Source: Lama glama
Taxonomy: Eukaryota
DNA length: 64,000 nucleotides
Reading direction: 5' to 3'
NCBI GenBank assembly: GCA_028534125.1
Contig: CM052820.1
Coordinates: 17,670,001 to 17,734,000 of the forward strand
Part shown: piece by piece, positions 11,332-21,899 of the stretch
How the letters are laid out: each line of letters opens with the position of its first letter
Position numbering within the stretch: position 1 is the first letter of the stretch
Position numbers and translations under genes: made by a program
Notes under the pieces: model-generated
Seen by the model: the letters and a program-made list of their open reading frames with translations, nothing else
What the model was told of the DNA's origin: nothing
Database searches by the model: none

Positions 11332-11417
11332 AACAAAAAAAACCCCAAAAAACAAAAAAAGATGATTTGTCCCTCATATGAGCAGAAGACTAAGTTAGAC
11401 AAGCCTGGGGGTGGATA

Positions 11418-11578
11418 NNNNNNNNNNNNNNNNNNNNNNNNNNNNNNNNNNNNNNNNNNNNNNNNNNNNNNNNNNNNNNNNNNNNNNNNNNNNNNNNNNN
11501 NNNNNNNNNNNNNNNNNNNNNNNNNNNNNNNNNNNNNNNNNNNNNNNNNNNNNNNNNNNNNNNNNNNNNNNNNNNNNN
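11418..11578. other. Assembly gap (161 N) flanked on the right by (TA)n-like low-complexity sequence to about 11670
   Basis: N run followed by atatataatatacatgttatatatg.. Confidence 1.
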
Positions 11579-12470
11579 ATATATAATATACATGTTATAT
11601 ATGTACATATATTATATATGCATAAATATACAGATATATAATAAACATTACATATATACATATCCATACAGAGACTTGTGTATTTACATGCACCCATAAA
11701 ATAGGCACATGATACGGCTGTACATCCCTAGCTAGACCTGTGTATGGATGAGCACCCCTTTAATAGCCACATGATATGGATGCACTTCACCTCCACCCAC
11801 AGGCCTGTGTTTGGAGGGGTACCCGTTCTCACAGACACATGATAAGGGTGCACTTCATCTCCATCCCATCTTGTAAACACATGACATGGGGTGCGTCTCC
11901 ACCCTCAGGCCTGGGGATGGAGGGGCACCTCGTCTTGGCATTATTAAAGGTTCTGAGAAGGCCTGCAGTACATTCATTTACTCTTGTATCAATCTTAGTT
12001 GACCTTAGTATCCCTTTATCCACTAACACTGATTAGCTTCCTGTGGACTATTTTGGGAAAGACTGGTCCAGCATATCTCAGGTCTCTCCCAGCACTTACG
12101 CTGATAACACGTAGGAAGAGCAACGTAGTCTTTTGACACGGCTCTGGAGATCAAGGGAGCAAATTTTAATGTCCCGGAGTTGACAAGGCACCTGTTTATA
12201 TTAATTGGCCCCTTGAAGATCAATATGATTCCCTTGTTCCTATAAAAGCCTTCACTCAGGGAAAGTGGTAATGACCATCACAGAATCTTGGTGGCCACCT
12301 ACAGTACAATTAGAACTGGTCAAGAAGGGCCAGCTACCCTCAACATAGTTTAGTTTTCCTTTCCAGTGTAACGTGCTTTTCTCCACAGCAAATGCTTTTG
12401 CCACTGTTCCCTAGAACAGTTCTGCTGCCTTTAACAGGGTCGCTTCCCCACTTCCTTGTCCAGAATGAAG

Positions 12471-12612
12471 TCAGTGTGCAGGCAGGCTGTCAGGAGTCCT
12501 CGGGTTAAAGAGCTGCTCTTCCAGGAAGGCACCTCCGAAGCCATACTGTTCTTCATGCAGACTGATTTCTTCCGGTGACAAGTGGCTTCCTCCAAGAACA
12601 AAGTCTGCAAAC
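12471..12612 (-). CDS. NEMP2: NEMP2 last coding exon (exon 9 equivalent): (K)[46 protein letters not shown]
   Basis: Acceptor aaaaaacctag|G at 12613/12612 and stop TGA at 12473-12471. The peptide matches the conserved NEMP C-terminal region. Confidence 0.96.
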
Positions 12613-13324
12613 CTAGGTTTTTTTGTTTTAAATAGTTAACGTTATCACAGAAAGGTTTATTTTGAAGATAACATGTTCCCTTGATACTTATCCCCTTAAA
12701 TTAAACGTGACTTTGCATCAGTGGAGGATGGCATTTACACAGCGGGCGTGAAAACAGGAATGGCTTATGTATCCTCCTCGAGATGCTCAGGGAAAGGCAG
12801 ACTCAGAAGCATCGGTGCTGCCAAAAAGACCGCTCCTGTTTTCTAATCCCGTCTCTCTCCCTTTCTTAATAAACACATTATTTATTCATTATTTGGTGTC
12901 AACACTTCCCCTTCAGCCTCCAATCTGAGGGCACTGTCGTTGGGAGAAAGCTATGAAGAAGGGAAAGCGCTAAGGAAAAGATGTCGGGGCGGAGATGTCT
13001 TTCTCGGTCAACTTTACAAATGACTGTCCGCACCCTCAGAATGAGAAACAAGTGACACATCCCATTCCACCTCTTCCCTTCTCCTATGAGCTGTCTGGAT
13101 GGCCTGCCCTATAAAACACATCGGGTCAACACCGATTCTGACACCGGTAGGTTGTACAGTGCAAGTCGGAGCACGGAGGGAAAAGAACATCCGACAGCTT
13201 CCACATCGTCTGTCATGCAGGGAAGTCGGCTGTTTCTAGCCTGAGGCATCTGAACCAAAGCGCTGCATTATTTTCACAATAAATCCAACCCAAGCTGTAG
13301 TCTGGGCAGCTGAGTGGGGCTTAC

Positions 13325-13501
13325 TTTTTGGGCGCCTGGAGCCTGGAGACGGCCAGCCAGGACGGAAAGCCGGGGCTGCGGCAGGCCTGGCGCAGCTCCT
13401 CCAGGGCGCGGGTGGTCGCAGCATCCGCTTGTTCCCTGTATTCGTCTTCAGTGAGGTACTTAACCACCGGCTTTTTCGATGTAAACCATGTCTTCACTTT
13501 C
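13325..13501 (-). CDS. NEMP2: NEMP2 exon 8: (R)KVKTWFTSKKPVVKYLTEDEYREQADAATTRALEELRQACRSPGFPSWLAVSRLQAPK
   Basis: 177 nt, tag|G acceptor and AA|gtaag donor. LTEDEYREQA..ALEELR is the NEMP nucleoplasmic motif. Confidence 0.97.
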
Positions 13502-13949
13502 CTAAAACACGCAGCATTTAATTGCTAGATTCCATATTTGGTTACTCAATTCAATCCTTAAGATTTATAAAAGTATATTTCTTAGTGACAGTAATAACTC
13601 TTAACTTCCTCTACATCATACTATGCTGCATTATTGCTATCATGACTGGGGTTTATAGAACTTGCTGTTTGGGCCTAATAATACCTTTCTCCTCCTCCTG
13701 GACCATCCTAAATAATGTTCTAAGGCATCTGAGGATCAATTTCTGATAAAGATATTAATTGTATTTTTCTTCCTCGGTGATTTCAAATCACACAAACAGA
13801 CAATTAAAGGTCTGGCTTCTTTATGCTTGCCTGGATTTCCTTGGGCACTAATAGAAGCAAGCCTTTGAGATGTCCTTTTACGGAGACCCAGAAGCATCAT
13901 TTGCCACTTAGTCTCAACACAGAAGACAGAAACATTTGTGGGACAGTGC

Positions 13950-13962
13950 CTCCACCTAGTGG
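13950..13962 (-). promoter_or_regulatory. Candidate CTCF core motif (CCACTAGGTGGAG) in NEMP2 intron 7
   Basis: 11/13 match to the CTCF core CCACTAGGTGGCA. Motif match only. Confidence 0.3.
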
Positions 13963-14031
13963 TGGTGATTCTCACTAATCCTAGAGAGGGAGCCAACACT
14001 GGACAAAAAGTTGTGTATTAAAAACAATTCT

Positions 14032-14187
14032 CGTTGGGAGGGTACAGCTAAGTGGTAGAATGTCTGCTTAGCATGCACAAGGTCCTGGGTTCAATCCCCA
14101 GTACCTCCATCAGATAAATCAAACAAACTTAATTACCTCCCCCACCAAAAAATAAATAAATAAAATTTTAAAAAAGAAAAAAACCCC
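14032..14187 (+). mobile_element. Camelid tRNA-derived SINE (Vic-1-type) with A-rich tail and 9-bp TSD
   Basis: A box tacagctaagtggtagaat, B box ggttcaatccc, (taaa)n/A tail. TSD aacaattct at 14023-14031 and 14188-14196. Confidence 0.9.
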
Positions 14188-14574
14188 AACAATTCTTTGC
14201 TACATGGTGAGGGGCTCATGACTGGAATTTTTTTCCAACCAGGAAAGTCCTAAAGGAGAGAATCTCATAAAAATGGTAATGGTGATAAAATTTTTAACAT
14301 ATATGTTATATTTATCAATGAGCTTTTAAAAATGTTTTTGAGTGGCTTAAAATTTAATTTAACCAAAGATTCTCAAATATAAATAAATGAGCATCAGAAT
14401 TACCAAAAGGTGTTTTAACATATTATTTCCTTGAGGTTTGGGACCTGAAAAATCTTTCAATTTTTAGTAACTCTGTGATGGTTGATGAGCTGGATTAGGG
14501 GCCCACTGACATTATTTCCTTCTCCTTTTCCGAAAACCTAGCCTGGGCCCCCCAGAGGAAAACCCCTGGGCTCT

Positions 14575-14790
14575 GAGCAGAAGACTGGGACACAGTCTGG
14601 CTCTGAGGTTTACCCACTGTGTGAACTGGGGCAATTCCTTCACAGTTCTGAGCCTCACTCTGCACACAGGGGAAAAAAATGAAAGTAATAATATCCATCT
14701 CAGGAGGTCACTGTACAGATGAAATATCATGTTTTGTGTAAAGTGCTCAGCACAGTGAGTGGCCTATAGTAAGTATGCAGTAAAGCTAAT
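14575..14790 (+). mobile_element. MIR SINE
   Basis: Core-like tgtgaactggggcaattccttcacagttctgagcctca and tail gtaaagtgctcagcacagtgagtggcctatagtaag. Confidence 0.75.
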
Positions 14791-15289
14791 CACAAGAGTA
14801 GCTACCAAATATTATTAAAATACAAACAGCTCTTTGCAAACTAGAACGTACTATAGAAATCAAAGTATTATTTCTCTGGTTTATTATTTAACCTGTAAGT
14901 TCCTCTTTTATCCCTCAATTCTTCACATAATTATTCACTAGCAAAATGAAAAGTTGAAGTTACAATAATATTTTGATTATTCATGTTAACAATACATAGT
15001 AAGCGCATAAGGGGATCGTCATGCAGGTGACAGAACACACTCTGCTCCTGGCAGGGCAGTGATGTTTGAAGAGAAAGTGGAAGGCATTCTCTCTTGGGTT
15101 CCTTAGGGCACAAACCTGGCAAAGGACCAGAGGCCTGGAGGATGTGGAGTGGCCAGCCTCCTCCTGGCAGAGGGACCTCTTGACACAGGGCAGAGAGAAG
15201 CAGTCAGCATCAGTGCCTCTGACCCTGCTGCCTTTCAGCCTTGCCACCAGCCTCTGCGTAGGAGCCCTGGTCTCATGCTGGTGCATGTT

Positions 15290-16120
15290 TACCCCTGTGA
15301 CATCACCACATATGCAGCCACCAATTACCAGTCACCGAAGTCTCCTTCTTCACAGCCAAGTCTACCACGTAAATACTTATTAACTCCTTCTTCTGGCCTT
15401 GAATCTCACTCCTCCAGGCCCCCATCACCTCCTGCCTGGACCACTGTGATGTCTGATGCCTGGCCTCCTGCCCCAGAACCTCCCCTTACATCTTCCCTCT
15501 GTGCCAGAAGACAGATGGGCCCCATCCCACTGCCCGAAGAGTGTTCATGGTCTCTGCTTTGATTTTTGCTTGTTGGATGTATTTTTATCTTCAGATTAGT
15601 TGCCAACATTAAAAAATCATAAAAATTTACATTCTAACCCATATTCTTAGCTTTTTTAGAAAACCAGAAGGTGTGCAAGGCTGGCCCATATTCCCACATG
15701 GCAACAATCGGCTCAAGTTGAACGGTAACTGACCCCCTTTCGACAGGGCTACATCGTACAACTTCCCACATCCTCACGCTCGCCCCACCACCTCACCTCT
15801 GCTCAGAATCACTCACTCAGTACATGTGAGGGCCCTGAGCATTTGAATTTGTAACCACTGTGCAGGCAGCAGTCAGAGAGCACTGACTAATGTGCATTAA
15901 CTGTCAGCTGCCTCCACTGTGCCTAGGATCAGGTCAGATTCCTCAGCACAGCCTGCAATACCTCCACGACCTGGCCGACGCCCCCTTGCTCACCTGCCTC
16001 CTGATGGTACCAGGCTGGGCTCTCTCCCTGTCAGGAAAGCCCCTCCTATATTTATTCATCTGGCTGTTTTGATTCATTAAGATTTAGCCCAGTATTATCT
16101 CCTCCAGGAACTTTCCTGAA
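15290..16120 (+). mobile_element. L2 LINE fragments
   Basis: L2-like tracts (catcacctcctgcctggaccactg; ..tctcctccaggaactttcctga). Confidence 0.5.
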
Positions 16121-16795
16121 CTTTTTCAATGTCACAGTTCCTGGGTGGGCCTACTGAAAACTTCAAGGCTATAGAAGTGTACACCTACGTCCAAGGACCC
16201 CTCACAGGTGGGGACCACCTCTGTCATCTGCGCACCTGACACAAACGCAGGTGCTGAGACTCCGTGACTGAGGACGTGATGAAGCCGTGAGAAGAAAAGT
16301 TCCCTCATCTTTTTTTCTGTACTTTTAAAAGACTGAAACCTTTTCTTAAAACCTAAGAGAAAGAAAGTCCTCAACATAAATAATACCTTTTAACCATTTG
16401 TAATCGATTTCTGTTCCCTAACTCTTATCTCAGAAGCACAACAAATACCTCTAAAGCAGTTGTGGGCTCCAAAGAAAGAAAATGTAGAAAGAAAGCAGAA
16501 GTTTTAGGCAACCGAGAGCCCAAGTGATTTTGCCACTGATTTTTGTGAATTCTAGGTGAGCTGTAATTACCCAGCAATTGGTGGTGCACCTCTGGGAGAT
16601 TAATGAAGACGAGCACTGGAGGTGGGGTCAGATGCTTAAATTCTCTACCCTCCTCCTCTCTGAGGGAGCATTCCAGATGAAATGGAGTCAACTCTGAGAT
16701 TAAATGTGACACGTCCAAAAGATTCCCCCAAAGAATGAATAAAACCAGAGCCCAAAATGTCACATTTACGAGGGGTAAAAAAAGATATGCAGTAC

Positions 16796-17018
16796 CTCAT
16801 GTAGCCGAACGCTTTCAGTGGGTAGCGCAGGTTCCCGGACGACAGGAGAAGGACCATGACCGTACAGGCGAAGCGAGGTGCGGTGACACCAGCATAGACC
16901 AGGAGCAGGGCCAGGAGCCGCAGAGTCCACATCAGGAGATTTCTGCTCCTCTTCTCAACCAAGGGCCCGTGCTTGTAACAAACAGTAAAGCTGAGACACC
17001 CAACTATCAAGATATAGC
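16796..17018 (-). CDS. NEMP2: NEMP2 exon 7: (G)YILIVGCLSFTVCYKHGPLVEKRSRNLLMWTLRLLALLLVYAGVTAPRFACTVMVLLLSSGNLRYPLKAFGYM(R)
   Basis: 223 nt, cttgcag|GC acceptor and AG|gtact donor. Transmembrane segments and the CYKHGPL motif of NEMP. Confidence 0.97.
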
Positions 17019-17529
17019 CTGCAAGAGAAGAATGTAAAAGAATATAAATCTGAACTTGAGAAGTTATGTGAAAAACCTGGCAGAGCCTTGACTTAGAGCT
17101 AAGAACATATCAGAAAACCTTCCTTTTTGCTTTCTCTTTCCAATGAAGCAAAGTTGAAAAAATGCATTTAGGGCTAGTTATTCCTTCCATGTGAGATGCT
17201 AGGCTGACTTTTGTAATAATTAAGGATGTATAATAATAAATTAATATAATACATTATGTATAAATATACCTGTTTTCTAGCCCCGAGTCCTACAGGGCAA
17301 ATATTATCACGGTAGCTCTGGTCAGGAAGAAGCCTCGGTGTATGTCACAGTCTGCTATAAAACCTATTTTTAATTTTTACTTTCTACTCACAAAAGGAAA
17401 ATCTAATTTTACAATGAGGGATCAGGCTGTCACTCTTGTAATCCACTGCTCAGTCACAGCATTACTAACAGAGGGACAATGAGATATTCTGTGGCGCCTC
17501 ATGTTGTGATCCAAGGTGAAGTGCAAATC

Positions 17530-18060
17530 GCCTCTTACACATTCCATCAAAAGTGTTTCATTTGTATCTAATGCTAGCCTCAAGATCTAATTTCCAGCTT
17601 ATAGGAAATGGGGTGGGGGGGAGGGGAGGAAACAAGTTTCATCATATCACAAAGGTGTAATCAGAAAAATCCGGAAAGTAGAACATTGTATAGGACAACT
17701 ACCTTGGTCTCTGTGATGGGGGAAAAAAAAAAAAGAACTGTTACAGATTAAAAGATTTATAGGACACAACAGGCATAAAATGTGATTCTGGACTATATGC
17801 TACCTTGTACAAACCAACAATTAAGGATGTTTAGGAAATTTAATGGCCTGGATAAGACACGATTTTATGTAATTATTAATTTTTTAAGATTTAATAGTTA
17901 TTTAACTATAGAGGAAATGCTTTTGCTTTTTAGAGATGCTTAGTGAAGTACTGAGGGAAACATACCATGAGATCAATAATTTACTTGGAAAATACCTTGG
18001 CATAAAAAGAATAATGGACTAAAAGCATAAAACCTTCAAGTGAAAAAAAAATCGATTGCT
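17530..18060 (+). mobile_element. Old L1ME-type 3' UTR fragment
   Basis: Degenerate L1ME 3' end text (..gaactgttacagattaaaagatttataggacac..). Confidence 0.55.
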
Positions 18061-18645
18061 TTTGAGTGGGTGGATTTATGTGAAAGATTTGGCACTAAAA
18101 GGTTAGGACAAAACTGATTCCCCCATTGTCCATTATTCCACAATTAAAACAAACACTTTCAAAAAGTTTTTTTTTAACAACATGAAACAAGAACAACAAG
18201 TGGTTTCTTAACAGCCTCTCTGTTTCTGAAAAGTCAAGTTTTCATTAGTCATTTATATTTAGGATTTCCACCTTTCATACTAAATACACTAAGAAAAAGA
18301 AGAGCCACATTTTAGAGAAATTTTTTCATTATAATTTCGGTGTGGTTAGAGCTTAACCACAATTTCAAAGCATATATAGTCAAAAGGGCAAATAGCAAAT
18401 TTTTTTGCCCTTTTGATCATTAGTATAGAAAACTAAGAAGTATGTCATGGAGAAATAGTCTAACACGAGATCTAATGAACTGAAATCACCAACCACGGAA
18501 ATAAGATAAAATACTATTTTTAGCACTTTTTTCCTTAGTTCAAAATGAAAATTTGGATGGAGAGAAACGTATGTCGAAAGAAGGCCTCTAGCTGTACTTT
18601 TCAGCTGTATTGACAGTAAACTGTATTTTTTTAAACTTTACCTAC

Positions 18646-18760
18646 CTAATATATATATTCTGTTTTCATACCACAGCCACTTCAGATCTTCCATCAGTTG
18701 ACACAAAACATAAACTGAAGCAAACCAACAACCAACCATTAGAGCCCAAAAGGTGCTATA
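18646..18760 (-). CDS. NEMP2: NEMP2 exon 6: YSTFWALMVGCWFASVYVLCQLMEDLKWLWYENRIYIL(G)
   Basis: 115 nt, cacacag|TAT acceptor and G|gtagg donor. Confidence 0.97.
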
Positions 18761-18905
18761 CTGTGTGTGGAAGAAAATAAATGACACAGTTTTTGGTTCA
18801 TTCACTCTCATAAACATAGAAGTAAACAAATAAACCCTCTGAATCAGAAACTTCTGTATGAAACTGCACTGAAGTCAATTCAAGACACTCGTCTAGGTCT
18901 GATTA

Positions 18906-19055
18906 AAGGCGTGGTCCACACACCAGCAGCTTCGATGCCACCTGCGAGCTGGCTGGAATGCAGATTCTCAGGCCCACTGCAGACTCCTGACTCAGAACCT
19001 GCGTTTCAACAGGACCCCCAGGTGACTTGCATATACATTAGTTGGAGAAGCACTG
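18906..19055. mobile_element. MER5A hAT-Charlie MITE
   Basis: gaatgcagattctcaggcccactgcagactcctgactcagaacctgcgtttcaacagg..gagaagcactg. Confidence 0.8.
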
Positions 19056-19574
19056 ATCTAAAGAACAAATTTATCTCAAAATAATGCTGGTGTTGCAAGC
19101 TTTCATCAGAGTAACTACAATGTTCATATCATGAATTAACATGTATTTATCTTTGACTACATGCAGGGCAGTCTTATATTGAAGGTGTTTTGGGGAACTG
19201 ATGATAATGAAGAAATCCCCGGATGTAGCAACGCCATTATTCAAGGCCCCAGTGGTTCAGCAGCATGACATTCCTCAGCTAATGCCATGATGAGAGAATT
19301 GTTTACTCAGTATAGAATTAGCTGCCATTGCTCATAAGAAAAATGCATTACCTAGAAAATAAGAGGTTCTCAAAAAAGTATCACCAAAACTTAATACTTA
19401 AGCCTACACATAGTAACAAATGAAAATTAAAATCTTTAGAAAAAGATACATTTTACAGCAAGTTTATAAAATGTAGAAACTGGAACTGTCATACATGAAT
19501 TTAGTCTGATCAGTTTTTCATGGTTATGAGATCATGATTTCCATTTTTTATTCATTTGTACCTAGTATACCTAC

Positions 19575-19668
19575 CTTAGGAATGAATCTTTTCACCAGTA
19601 GCAGGACAAAGACTAATGTCATTAGAATACCTAGCACAGTCCCCGAAGAGTAATAGAAAATAGGGCTT
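19575..19668 (-). CDS. NEMP2: NEMP2 exon 5: (Q)SPIFYYSSGTVLGILMTLVFVLLLVKRFIPK
   Basis: 94 nt, cttgacag|A acceptor and AAG|gtagg donor. Confidence 0.97.
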
Positions 19669-19909
19669 CTGTCAAGACAAGCAGATAAAAGAAATTTAAA
19701 TGCCAAGTTGCACTCTCAGTATGAAAAACATGTTTAACGTGGTGACAGTAGCCATAAAGAATACTAAGAAGAAAAACTCAGATGGCAACTTTAATTATAT
19801 CCTATACTCTTAAAAAAAAAAAAGAAATCTCTACTTTAAATTTATAGTAAATAGCTTGCCACTAATTCAAAACAGTGTCTGAGTTATCTTCTATGCTTAG
19901 AATCTGATC

Positions 19910-20110
19910 CAATAATACTTACTGGAGCACCTACCACTTGTCTGAGAGCTTTACATGCACTCAAACAGCCCTGTGAATCAGTTATCCACGTCTACATTTT
20001 ACACGGGAGGAAACTAAGGCACCAAGAAGTTAAAGACCTTCTCCAAGTCAGTATCTGCTGCCTGGAGGATTCAGGCTTGCAGCCTAGCTCCTCTAAGTCC
20101 AAGCTTTACT
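19910..20110 (-). mobile_element. MIR SINE
   Basis: cattttacacgggaggaaactaaggcaccaagaagttaaagacc core. Confidence 0.7.
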
Positions 20111-20768
20111 CTTCACACTATGTAGACAACAACCAATTTATTAAGACCATGGAGGATATTAAACACCCTTGATTACACTACAAGAAAAAGCTCAAAAACG
20201 AACAATGTCCAGAATAGCAAGCTAAGATGTAAAATATTACTGGAAAGAAATTCCTTTTTCATGAGAGAAGTTGTAAGACACACAGTATCAGGATAACATG
20301 TGTATCCAGAGTCGGACAGTGGTTAAAGTCAACTTTCTGTATCAGAGCCACAAACCGAGGAGGCAGCTCAAATGTAAGAGAGGAAGGCATCTGGTATCAG
20401 AAAACCTGAGTATAAACTTCAGCCCTGGCCAGAACTAGTCATGTGATGACGGATTGGTTTTCTCACCTATGAAATGAGAACAGTCACACAGAGCTCACAT
20501 AATCATTAAGAGAATCAATTCAAATAATATAACACATATTAATAAATAATACAAAATAATGCATGTGAAAGCACCCTGAACCATTACAGATTATACTATA
20601 CAAACAACAGTTACTGGGTTTAAAACCTTTCAAACACTATCTTCAGACTTACTGTTTGGAAAACCTAAAGCAAGAACTACAAACTAATGTGGAAATATTG
20701 AGCAGAGGGTCAAAAATGTCCTACTGTTTTCGATTCACAAAAATAAGAAAGTAAAAATGAATACTTAC

Positions 20769-20841
20769 TGACTCAAGGTCTTCGCATAAAAGAAGAGGAA
20801 CATGCCTGCCACAAACACAAGGAAGAGTTTGAAATCCACAA
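20769..20841 (-). CDS. NEMP2: NEMP2 exon 4: (I)VDFKLFLVFVAGMFLFFYAKTLS(Q)
   Basis: 73 nt, cactccag|TT acceptor and CA|gtaag donor. Confidence 0.97.
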
Positions 20842-20965
20842 CTGGAGTGAAAAAGACACGGGCACATAAGAAAGATTTTGTGTCAATGTAGCATTAATGA
20901 AAGAAAAGTCGATTTACTGAAATGTCACTGCAGAAAAACTGAATCCAGAAAATCAATGGACTTAC

Positions 20966-21197
20966 TGTTTCGAGTCACGCTCATTGTATAGGTAAATATC
21001 TTCCTGGCAGGAGTCACAGAGAAGCACACGGTCTCCCCATATGGATTGATGACTATGGTTATATCATTAGACTCTTTTGGTGTCCAAAACTTATGAATCA
21101 TACATTTGATAATAGACAGAATGGTTTCTGGATACTGGCAATTATGTCTTTCTGTGATATAGACAATACTGAGCAGGCCTGAACTAGTAATTTTCAC
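20966..21197 (-). CDS. NEMP2: NEMP2 exon 3: VKITSSGLLSIVYITERHNCQYPETILSIIKCMIHKFWTPKESNDITIVINPYGETVCFSVTPARKIFTYTMSVTRN
   Basis: 232 nt, ttttgtag|GTG acceptor and A|gtaag donor. Coincides with ORF 20925-21197. Confidence 0.96.
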
Positions 21198-21899
21198 CTA
21201 CAAAACAAGAACAAATTCACAAACACGCAACTCAAAACTTCTTACAAGCTTCTTAAAATCATGAGCAGAGGAGTAAAGAGAGCCTAAGGCTGGTGGAGTA
21301 AAGAACACGCAGATGTACATGGGAAAGTTCTGATCCCGGGGATGGACCTAGAGGTCTGTATTTAGTCAACACACACTAGAACATGGACCCTTTTGAAAGT
21401 GGGTATTTCTTCCCCTGAGTTGTGGCTGATTGAACTCCTTCTAGCAGGTTATTGTGGCCAAAGGACATGTAAAAAAGGATGGCACAGAAAATAACAGGTG
21501 GCAAACTATTTGGTTACAGACATAATGAGAATAGGGTTTACTACCTCTATCATTTCTACTGTGATTGAGAAAAAGCACTTCTATCCATCCTATGGATCAG
21601 CTGAGCATAAATGATTCAGGCTTCTTTCACCATGCCTCCTGAAGGACCGGAACCCAAGCTCAAGGTCCTACCCAAGCCTCACAGCAAAGGATCAGCCACA
21701 ATGCCAAGCAGATGGCGACAGCCCAGAGATCATTAAAGGACAGCTCCGTGGCTGCTTTTGTCTCTATTTCTTTTCTTTGTCCAAGGTTAGGGCAAGCCTG
21801 AAAAGGGGAGTGAGAGCGCCAGCCCTGAGCCTCAGGCATCAGGCGACACCACTATCTGCCCACTGTGCCTCATTTCTCTTGGACATCAGCCCCTGGCTC

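Noticed and set aside
14032-14110. tRNA-like sequence with A and B boxes (also at 34897-34993)
   Set aside because: An A-rich tail, a TSD and no complete cloverleaf show these are tRNA-derived SINEs, not tRNA genes.
16735-17037. Plus-strand ORFs overlapping NEMP2 exons (also 13328-13528)
   Set aside because: Antisense shadows of GC-rich NEMP2 coding exons.
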